From Vulcanisaeta distributa DSM 14429 (GTDB taxonomy: Archaea; Thermoproteota; Thermoprotei; Thermoproteales; Thermocladiaceae), in assembly GCF_000148385.1 (NCBI RefSeq), contig NC_014537.1, forward strand, positions 2,040,001 through 2,072,000: a DNA stretch of 32,000 nucleotides, read 5' to 3'. Positions 18,056 to 26,717 of the stretch are shown here, in pieces. A program made the translations under genes and the position numbers. The notes beneath the pieces were generated by a model that was not told the origin of the DNA, did not search any database, and saw only the letters and a program-made list of their open reading frames with translations. Each line of letters opens with the position of its first letter. The stretch's first letter is position 1.

Positions 18056-18953
18056 GAAGCTCGTACCCATGGTGCTTAAGCCATCGGTTAGGCCGCTTAA
18101 GTATTACGACATTGTCGGTGACTTAATGATTAACTTCCTAATGAATAGGAGGGTTGCCATTATTAGGCAGGTTAATGATACGGCGACATTAATGACAAGA
18201 ATTAGGCATGAAGATGGGAGCAAATTACCAATTATTATTAATAATAAGGATGAGTTGATTAGATATGTTAAGGCTGGTGGTATTGACTTCATGGCCTCCG
18301 TGAGTACGGCATTGTCAAAGGGCATTGATATGGTGATAATTGATGTTAAGGGCGGTAAGAAGGTTTGGATGGTTGATAGGGGGTTGGAGTTGATGGACTT
18401 AATAGTTACTGCTGTACGTACCGTCTTCGAGTACGTTGGTTTAATGAATAATGCAGTAATATTTGATGGTATGAATGGGTTTAAGGTAATTGCATCATTA
18501 TCGAAGGATGTCGATGATAATTATATGAAGCCCTTCGTTGATTTGGTTAGTGAGACCGTGAATAGGAGCTTAAAATCCCTCGATTTATTTAAGGCATATG
18601 GTAATGATGTAATTATCGGTGGTAATACAATGCTTAAGGTCAAGATGTATAGGGTACCCCTATCCCTGCACTGGTCGACTAAGCTCTCGGCAATACCACT
18701 TGCAAGGGTTTATGACTTCCTGACCCTTTACGCCGACCCATCAAACGTGATTAGACGTTTAGAGACTAATAGGAGGTTGCTTGAACCACTGCTTAATAGG
18801 AACCCTGTTGATAAACTAATCGATACTGTGAATAGGTGGGTTAATAATGATTATTCATTAGTTTATTACATTAAGGGTATTATTAGGGATAGAATTAAAT
18901 ACGGCAATATAGATGCAAAATTAGGAATTGATAGAGAAAACCTTAAAACATAG
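18042..18953 (+). CDS. Hypothetical protein with an AEP (primase-polymerase / LigD-Pol-like) fold signature and altered catalytic motifs
   Basis: Colinear motif-like blocks: DMVIIDVKGG (motif I, DxD read as DxK), FDGMNGFKVIA (motif II, SGxGxH read as DGxNGxK) and GNDVII...YRVPLSLHWSTKLSAIPL (motif III, RxPxSxH retained). It overlaps the GTPase gene by 14 nt. Confidence 0.4.
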   Translation: MVMPRKLVPMVLKPSVRPLKYYDIVGDLMINFLMNRRVAIIRQVNDTATLMTRIRHEDGSKLPIIINNKDELIRYVKAGGIDFMASVSTALSKGIDMVIIDVKGGKKVWMVDRGLELMDLIVTAVRTVFEYVGLMNNAVIFDGMNGFKVIASLSKDVDDNYMKPFVDLVSETVNRSLKSLDLFKAYGNDVIIGGNTMLKVKMYRVPLSLHWSTKLSAIPLARVYDFLTLYADPSNVIRRLETNRRLLEPLLNRNPVDKLIDTVNRWVNNDYSLVYYIKGIIRDRIKYGNIDAKLGIDRENLKT

Positions 18954-18976
18954 CATTAATCCTATAGGCGATAACA

Positions 18977-19597
18977 ATGAAAAGAGTCGTAATGGCGTTC
19001 ATAGTCATTGGCATAATAATACTCATAATGTCTAATATAAGGATTGCATTACCAATAACTAATACAGTGCTGCCTAACTTTAACGATATTGTGAATGTAA
19101 CACCTGGGTTAAAGCTAATAGTCAGCGATACAAACGGTTCATTAACACTAATACCGGTCAGGGGCTATTCATTATTTATAGATACCATTGATTACTTATC
19201 ACCAATATTTGTCTTTGTAGGAATAATAATATCAATAGTCCTATTAATAATTAAGAGGAATCAAAGCATCGATGTGTCGGACCCGTTATTCTTCGGAATA
19301 GTACTAATGCTCATTGTTGCCCTGATATTCTCATTACCCATACCAACCCAAATATACTTAAATGAGAATGGCATCACTCAGTCAATACTTGTTGGCGTTA
19401 ATGCGTATGTTGGGTTCTCATCAATAACGTACTTAATAGGCGCGGTATTACTCATGATGAGTACCTGGCTTTACCGTGAGAAGGCTGTCATGGAGGATGC
19501 ATACTCGGATATTGATCAATTAATGAGTATGACCATCATGCTTAAGAGTGAGGAGGAGACAGAGCGGTCTGAGGATAATGAAGAAGACCAGCAATAG
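18977..19597 (+). CDS. Hypothetical membrane protein with an acidic C-terminal tail
   Basis: 206 aa with about four TM segments and a C-terminus SEEETERSEDNEEDQQ. It starts 23 nt after the preceding gene. Confidence 0.5.
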   Translation: MKRVVMAFIVIGIIILIMSNIRIALPITNTVLPNFNDIVNVTPGLKLIVSDTNGSLTLIPVRGYSLFIDTIDYLSPIFVFVGIIISIVLLIIKRNQSIDVSDPLFFGIVLMLIVALIFSLPIPTQIYLNENGITQSILVGVNAYVGFSSITYLIGAVLLMMSTWLYREKAVMEDAYSDIDQLMSMTIMLKSEEETERSEDNEEDQQ

Positions 19598-19748
19598 GGG
19601 CGTAATCTGCTTCTTCTGCCTTAGGAGGGTCAGGGAGTACTACATCGTTGACTATGAAGTTAAGGAGCTGGATATGACATTCAAGGTCTACGCATGCCCT
19701 GAATGCTACGCTAAGATAATGTCACGGAAAGGAAAGCAAGCCCAGTGA
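19578..19748 (+). CDS. Small zinc-ribbon protein
   Basis: CFFC...CPEC (two CxxC pairs) in about 56 aa. I chose the ATG at 19578 (MKKTSNRG), which overlaps the end of the upstream gene by 20 nt. The ORF track starts at 19548. Confidence 0.45.
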   Translation: MKKTSNRGVICFFCLRRVREYYIVDYEVKELDMTFKVYACPECYAKIMSRKGKQAQ

Positions 19749-19786
19749 AGGAATGCTAATACGTGAATTCCATTACCACCCTTATT

Positions 19787-20476
19787 TCATAAACGTCTCC
19801 AGGACACCCTAAAAGACCTTACGTTATCGATCAAACTATCAAATTCATTAATGAAGGAATTAACCTGATAGATACTGACCACTGGAACACCATCGATCAA
19901 TTCCGTGGACGCCCTATGCCAAGTAATGACCACGGGTATGAGTACTGCCTCACCCCAACTAACGCCAATCCTACTCATCAAAACCTCAGGCTCCTTAGCA
20001 ACCAACTCAACCTTCTCAAGGTGCCTACTCACTATCTGCCGTATTGACGATGAGACCCTCCTCCAACGCTTAGCTTCAATGAGGAAAACCCACGGTCTTC
20101 TATGGGCAATCACATCAAACTCAACCCTAGAACCAGCCACAGGAACCCTAAGCCTGCTAACAACCTTAAACCCCCACTCTTCAAACACCAACCTAATTAA
20201 GGCCTCGAATTCATCCCACGGCAAGTACCTCGATATAGACTCAAGGTCAATAAACAACCCCTTACCCACAAAATACCTAATTAACCTATGTGGAGGCATG
20301 ACGGACTTATAACCATCACCAACCCTAACCAAAACCCCATCACTCATTAGCGAATTAATGAAATCCTCAATCGCAGAATCACTAACACTAGATACCGCCT
20401 TAAGTGACTCACGTGTAAAAACACCATCCTTAGAAACGATAATTAACGCCCTAACAAGCCTCTCCCTCAGGCTCAT
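19787..20476 (-). CDS. Winged-helix DNA-binding domain fused to a restriction endonuclease-like (Mrr_cat type PD-(D/E)xK) domain
   Basis: The N-terminal ~60 aa are wHTH-like (...SAIEDFINSLMSDGVLVRVGDGY). The C-terminal half reads FEALIRLVFEEWGFKV...VEFDVIAHRRPWVFLIEAKRW, giving D...ExK in the Mrr-like order. Confidence 0.6.
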   Translation of the reverse strand: MSLRERLVRALIIVSKDGVFTRESLKAVSSVSDSAIEDFINSLMSDGVLVRVGDGYKSVMPPHRLIRYFVGKGLFIDLESISRYLPWDEFEALIRLVFEEWGFKVVSRLRVPVAGSRVEFDVIAHRRPWVFLIEAKRWRRVSSSIRQIVSRHLEKVELVAKEPEVLMSRIGVSWGEAVLIPVVITWHRASTELIDGVPVVSIYQVNSFINEFDSLIDNVRSFRVSWRRL

Positions 20477-20517
20477 CCTCAGTATACATTTTTAAGCGCC
20501 CACTTATAGTATTTTGC

Positions 20518-20571
20518 GGTGATGAAACTTCAGCGGCGGATGAAAACCGATGAATGCTGGGTCAGGGACTG
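20518..20571 (+). ncRNA. Candidate C/D box sRNA
   Basis: A perfect C box GTGATGA (20518-20524) and a perfect D box CTGA (20568-20571) span 54 nt. Internal GGATGA and CGATGA could act as D'/C'-like boxes, but the spacing is not the canonical 12 nt. TTTTTAAG at 20487-20494 lies about 27 nt upstream of the C box. Confidence 0.3.
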
Positions 20572-20671
20572 AAACCACACAAAACACCACAAATCACGTT
20601 CCCCAACACCCTATCGAGACCCTCCAACACTAGAGAGAACCTACCAAACGACAACACTAAGCCTATCTACA

Positions 20672-21751
20672 CCACCAATATTCTATTGAAATCTTCCCCA
20701 CCAATCCCGATGTGGATATGCTCTATGCTGATGATGCTAACTTTCAATATTCTATTGAAATCTTCTTGGGTTTTAACGCTGAATACGATACATGACGTTT
20801 TAATGCTTTCAATATTCTATTGAAATCTTCGCGGGTCTAAGCAACACCGTGTTATCACCATTACTGGGCAGTGTGGCCTTTCAATATTCTATTGAAATCT
20901 TCTTGATAACGATTGACTTGATGCAGGCAATAACCGTTAACTCGACGACTGCTTTCAATATTCTATTGAAATCTTCAGGCTGAGATTTACGCGCCATGGG
21001 ATGGCACGCGTTTTGTTACGTTAGAAGACTTTCAATATTCTATTGAAATCTTCAATAAGGGTTTCAGCGGTTGAAGGGGTTTCGTATGAGTATGAGGTCT
21101 TTCAATATTCTATTGAAATCTTCCAGGCGAATAAACCTGGCACTAACCCTAAGGAAACTACACAGGAAACTTTCAATATTCTATTGAAATCTTCATGGCA
21201 GTCCACGAGGCTTATATTAATACCATCATTGCCAATAATCCCTTTCAATATTCTATTGAAATCTTCCTCGAGCTGGCTTACTGGTGGTGGCGGTAGTGAC
21301 TTCGGCACGAGCTTTCAATATTCTATTGAAATCTTCAACGAGGGTAGTGAATTCGAGGAGGGTATCATTATGATGCCCGAGAGCTTTCAATATTCTATTG
21401 AAATCTTCTACTGTGGTGTTTACCAGGGAATTTCATGTAGGGAGCTTGCTTTCAATATTCTATTGAAATCTTCGGCATGCAAATGGTTCTATGCGTGGTT
21501 GGGCATGGGTGACCCTTTCAATATTCTATTGAAATCTTCCCTCCCTGCTGGTCACTCCCCACCACCAGGTAGGGTTAGACTAATCTTTCAATATTCTATT
21601 GAAATCTTCTTCTTCATCCATGATTTGCACTGAGGCAATAAAGTGTGGATTTCCCTTTCAATATTCTATTGAAATCTTCGTGAAATTGTTTTAGTTGCTC
21701 AGGTTACAGAGAGCAACGTTGCTAGACTTTCAATATTCTATTGAAATCTTC
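20672..21751 (-). CRISPR. CRISPR array with 16 repeats of 25 nt and 15 spacers of 40-52 nt
   Basis: The plus-strand repeat CTTTCAATATTCTATTGAAATCTTC starts at 20741, 20806, 20878, 20952, 21029, 21099, 21170, 21242, 21312, 21384, 21449, 21515, 21585, 21655 and 21727, all identical. A degenerate copy lies at 20672 (CCAC for CTTT). The minus-strand form GAAGATTTCAATAGAATATTGAAAG ends in the ATTGAAAG handle. The degenerate repeat is at the left and the AT-rich leader at the right, which implies minus-strand transcription. Confidence 0.97.
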
Positions 21752-21800
21752 CGGTGCGTTGGTTTATTTGGTTATTTTTAAGTTTTTCCTTTACCCTTGC
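21752..21800 (-). promoter_or_regulatory. Putative CRISPR leader-proximal promoter
   Basis: On the minus strand, CTTAAAAATAA (21772-21782) is a TATA-like box centred about 26 nt upstream of the first repeat base at 21751. The flanking sequence is AT-rich. Confidence 0.4.
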
Positions 21801-22040
21801 TTGATTTTCATTGGAACATAAATCCCCATGAACATCCACGACACGCACTTGTTCCAACGACCCCCAACGAGACAGGTATTACTTGTCCCCACGGCACCAT
21901 TCAATTACCCAACAACGCAACTATTCCAACGATGCCTTATACACTGCAAAATAATGAGTATGCGCGAACGAACCATGCACGTAGTGCTCGTTCAATGACT
22001 TGGTAAGTGGGGTTGATTAACTGCTTGAGGAGAAAAATGA

Positions 22041-22048
22041 TTTTTAAA
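22041..22048 (+). promoter_or_regulatory. TATA-like box for the aIF5B gene
   Basis: TTTTTAAA is centred about 34 nt upstream of ATG 22079, consistent with a very short 5' leader. Confidence 0.4.
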
Positions 22049-22078
22049 TCAAGTTTACCCCCTTCATTCTAGGTAGTT

Positions 22079-23875
22079 ATGAGTAAGGTTGATTCATCAT
22101 TCGTGGATTATAGGCCGCCGATCACCGTGGTAGTCGGCCACGTTGATGTCGGCAAGACACTACTCCTTGATAAGATAAGGGGCACCTTCGTAGCCTATAG
22201 GGAGCCCGGCATGATAACGCAGCATATAGGCTTGTCATTCATACCCTGGAACGCCGTGGAGAGGATAGCCGACCCACTGCTCACGAAGTTTAGGCTTAAG
22301 GGTAAGGTGTGGATTAAGGGCTTCCTCATGGTCGACACGCCGGGCCACGCAGCCTTCTCCAACCTGAGACGTAGAGGCGGTTCTGTGGCTGATTTGGCTG
22401 TCTTGGTGATAGATATTACGAGGGGGTTTGAGGAGCAAACTTATGAAAGTCTCACCCTGATCAGGTCCAGGAACATACCCTTTGTGGTCGCAGCGAATAA
22501 GCTTGACAGGATATATGGTTGGGAACCCCATGAAAATGCGCCGTTCCTTGACTCATATGAGAAACAGAGGGAGGATGTTCAGGGTAGGGTTGAGGAGGCC
22601 ATTGCGAGGATAATAGAGGAATTCAATAAGTTGGGTATGGATGCTGACAGATATGATAGAGTGAGGGACTTCAATACCCAGGTGCCTATTGTACCCACGA
22701 GTGCGGTCACTGGTGAGGGATTAGCCGACTTATTAGTTGTACTTGCTGGGTTAAGCCAGAGATTTAGTAGGGATAAGTTGAGGGTTACGTACGGGCCAGG
22801 TAAGGGCGTTGTCATGGAGATTAGGGAGGAGAAGGGCTGGGGTGTCACGGCAGATGTTGTGCTTTATGATGGGGTGATTAGGAAGGGAGACCTAATAGTT
22901 ACAGCGGGGCTCGAGGGCCCAGTAAGCACTAAGGTTAAGATGCTCGTCATGCCAAAGCCACTTGACGAGATGAGGGATCCTGAGGATAGGTATATGTTCA
23001 TGGATGAGGTTAAGGCAGCGGCTGGTGTAAAGATAATCGCTGATGGGCTTGACCAAGTCGTCCCAGGCGCACCCGTCTTCGTCGTTCCTCAGGAGGCTTC
23101 GCTGGACGAGTATGTGAAGTTGGTTAGGGAGGAGGTTTCGGAGGTTAAGATTGAGACTGATAGGGATGGTGTCGTTGCTAAGGCCGATACGTTGGGTACC
23201 CTCGAGGCAATGGTAATCTACCTTAGGAGTCAGGGTATACCCGTTAGGAAGGCCGACGTTGGTAATGTAAGTAGGAGGGACGTTGTTGATGCCTCAATTG
23301 TCAGGAGGAAGAACCCGCTCTACGGCGTCGTCCTAGCGTTCAACGTTAATGTTCCTCATGATGTCGAGGTGGAGGCCATGCAGTATGGGGTTAAGATATT
23401 TAGGAATGAGATACTGTATAGGCTTGTCGAGGAGTTCACCCAGTGGTATAAGGAACAGAAGACGAAGCTCATAGAGATGGAGCTCGATAAGTACGTAAGG
23501 CCTGGAAAGATAAGGATCCTCCCCGGCTACGTATTCAGGAGGAGTAATCCAGTCATTGTTGGTATTGCCGTGCTTGAGGGGGTGATAAAGCCTGGGTATC
23601 CATTGATAAGGGGTGATGGCAGGAGGGTAGGCACCATAATGCAGATTCAGGATAAGGGTAAGAACATACCAGAGGCTAGGAAGGGTATGGAAGTCGCAAT
23701 ATCAATAGAGGGTAATATAATGGTTGGTAGGCAGATTAAGGAGGGCGATGAGCTGTACGTGGATGTTCCTGAAGAGCACGCAATAACCCTAATGACACAA
23801 TTCAAGGACCAATTAACGGAGGACGAAATAGCACTACTCAAGGAGATACTAAAGATCAAGCGTTCATCGAAATGA
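22079..23875 (+). CDS. infB: Translation initiation factor aIF5B (IF2-type GTPase)
   Basis: [24 protein letters not shown] (G1), DTPGHAAF (G3), ANKLDR (G4). The 598-aa, four-domain length is typical of aIF5B and there is no intein. Confidence 0.93.
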   Translation: MSKVDSSFVDYRPPITVVVGHVDVGKTLLLDKIRGTFVAYREPGMITQHIGLSFIPWNAVERIADPLLTKFRLKGKVWIKGFLMVDTPGHAAFSNLRRRGGSVADLAVLVIDITRGFEEQTYESLTLIRSRNIPFVVAANKLDRIYGWEPHENAPFLDSYEKQREDVQGRVEEAIARIIEEFNKLGMDADRYDRVRDFNTQVPIVPTSAVTGEGLADLLVVLAGLSQRFSRDKLRVTYGPGKGVVMEIREEKGWGVTADVVLYDGVIRKGDLIVTAGLEGPVSTKVKMLVMPKPLDEMRDPEDRYMFMDEVKAAAGVKIIADGLDQVVPGAPVFVVPQEASLDEYVKLVREEVSEVKIETDRDGVVAKADTLGTLEAMVIYLRSQGIPVRKADVGNVSRRDVVDASIVRRKNPLYGVVLAFNVNVPHDVEVEAMQYGVKIFRNEILYRLVEEFTQWYKEQKTKLIEMELDKYVRPGKIRILPGYVFRRSNPVIVGIAVLEGVIKPGYPLIRGDGRRVGTIMQIQDKGKNIPEARKGMEVAISIEGNIMVGRQIKEGDELYVDVPEEHAITLMTQFKDQLTEDEIALLKEILKIKRSSK

Positions 23876-23964
23876 TGAACCAAGTGATTTAGATTTATAT
23901 TGTTCATGGATGATGTAAATATTATCAATAATCATAATTCTAAGGTATAGTAATTTATGTATGA

Positions 23965-25317
<1,353 letters not shown>

Positions 25318-25324
25318 GGCTCGC

Positions 25325-26587
25325 CTATACGTTTAACCTCGATAAAAATATGTGAGCAGGTGTTACATCAACATCCTCCACATCCTTCGATATTGTTATT
25401 ACCCTCTTCATTCTACCTGCCCTAACACCTGGGCGTTCGCTTCCTCTCCCATACTTCACCTCATAACCAGTGAAGTCGCTGAGCGTGATAATGTCAATTT
25501 CCCTATTACCAACCGTGGTGTAACCAACATCACTAATTCTAGCCAGGTGTGACGCTACCACACCCTCAATAATTATTGGTTCATCAGGTACTTTAACGCC
25601 GGTCCAGAGTGAAATTACCCTATATATGAATGGGTCTATGAAGTGTATCTTCATTAATTTCCTGTAGTCCTTACTCCCTGTATTGACATCGACGTAGTTA
25701 AGTACGGTGATTAGAAACATCCTACTTAGTAAATTGATGTATTCCGAGACGGTCCTATGCGAGATTCCTAGATCCTTAGCTATCGAGTTATAGCTTATTC
25801 GTGAACCAGCCTTTTCAAGTAATACCGAAAGTATTTCCTTGAGTAATCTCTCATCCTTATCAACTCTCTTAACATCATATATTACCCAGTCGATGTACGA
25901 TTTATAAACATCGCTTGTTATTGTACCTAAATTAAAGTAGGAATTTATTGATAGAGGAAAGCCGCCAGTCACCAGGTACTTCTCAAATAGGTCTCTAATC
26001 TCCTCGTACCAGCCCGGCTCCGCGCTGATCTCTGGCCTTAGGGCCTTTATGTAGGATTGAAAGCTAAGGGGAAGCAACGTAACATCTACGCCGAACCCTC
26101 TCCTGCCAGGGAATGTCTCTATATTACCCCTTAGAGCAATGCTTGTTGAACCTGTTATGGTGATAACATCATTCTTAAACAATCCCCTGTCTATGCCGTA
26201 CTTAATAGCCCTGAACCAATCATTTACATAGGTTACCTCATCAAGGAATATATAACTTGTTTCAATACCACGCTCCTCCTTGATCCTAAGATATCTCCTT
26301 AAAATATCAATCAATTCCTCATAATCAGTAAGTAAGTCACAACTATAATAGAAGATTGCCTCAGGCTTGACCTCATTAAGTAAGTTCTTAATAATTAACT
26401 TAATCATCGTTGTCTTACCCACTTGCCTGGGCCCATAGATGAAGTTCAGGGAAAACGGTCTCAAAGACACAGCATTAACCTCCTTAGGTACCCACTTAAT
26501 CCTGGCATTAAGCCACCTAACCACATCAGGATCCTCATAGATATGCTCCCTACCCCTCCACCATGGGTTAAATTCATCAATGCTCAT
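25325..26587 (-). CDS. AAA+ ATPase of the COG1373 type with a DUF4143-like C-terminal domain
   Basis: The N-terminal FNPWWRG signature, Walker A GPRQVGKTT, Walker B IFLDEV and a C-terminal REIDII...GYEVKYG (PD-(D/E)xK-like) as in DUF4143. Confidence 0.8.
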   Translation of the reverse strand: MSIDEFNPWWRGREHIYEDPDVVRWLNARIKWVPKEVNAVSLRPFSLNFIYGPRQVGKTTMIKLIIKNLLNEVKPEAIFYYSCDLLTDYEELIDILRRYLRIKEERGIETSYIFLDEVTYVNDWFRAIKYGIDRGLFKNDVITITGSTSIALRGNIETFPGRRGFGVDVTLLPLSFQSYIKALRPEISAEPGWYEEIRDLFEKYLVTGGFPLSINSYFNLGTITSDVYKSYIDWVIYDVKRVDKDERLLKEILSVLLEKAGSRISYNSIAKDLGISHRTVSEYINLLSRMFLITVLNYVDVNTGSKDYRKLMKIHFIDPFIYRVISLWTGVKVPDEPIIIEGVVASHLARISDVGYTTVGNREIDIITLSDFTGYEVKYGRGSERPGVRAGRMKRVITISKDVEDVDVTPAHIFLSRLNV

Positions 26588-26589
26588 TA

Positions 26590-26644
26590 CTTGTTATTTT
26601 TAGTATCAAGAGATTTAAATAGCTTTGTTATTTTTAGTAACAAG
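26590..26644. promoter_or_regulatory. Two copies of a ~20-bp partly palindromic motif bracketing the TATA-like box of the ATPase gene
   Basis: TTGTTATTTTTAGTA occurs at 26591-26605 and again at 26625-26639, extended to TTGTTATTTTTAGTA[T/A]CAAG. Copy 2 has arms TTGTTA/TAACAA. TTTAAAT (minus-strand TATA) lies between them at about 26614-26620, and the ATG is at 26587. Confidence 0.35.
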
Positions 26645-26717
26645 TTCAACGAATATAATTATAATCATTAAATGCAATAATAAGTATTTATTTTTATTTT
26701 TATGAATAGTTTATTGA

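Noticed and set aside
17255-20476. The idea that the AEP-like gene, the Zn-ribbon and the nuclease beside the CRISPR array form an integrated plasmid or provirus
   Set aside because: No integrase, no tRNA or att duplication and no capsid or replication initiator genes are present. I see no compositional break relative to the flanking housekeeping genes.
20554-21633. ORF-track entries 20554-20823 (+), 21043-21633 (+) and 21102-21308 (-) with recurring peptides FNILLKSS and FQYSIEIF
   Set aside because: They run through the CRISPR array. The recurring peptides are simply the repeat translated in different frames, so they are not genes.
21680-21726. The leader-proximal spacer contains the 12-bp palindrome AGCAACGTTGCT and a 7-bp stem GTTGCTC/GAGCAAC
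   Set aside because: This probably just reflects the structure of the protospacer source, such as a terminator or operator of a mobile element. It is not a feature of this locus.
21797-22006. 69-aa ORF in the region between the CRISPR leader and infB
   Set aside because: The translation is low-complexity and rich in His, Pro, Thr and Asn, arising from the A+C-skewed flank. It has no promoter or SD context and no motif, so it is more likely leader DNA.
23870-23877. AATGATGA, a C box-like sequence overlapping the infB stop codon
   Set aside because: No CTGA D box occurs within the following ~80 nt, so a C/D sRNA is not supported.
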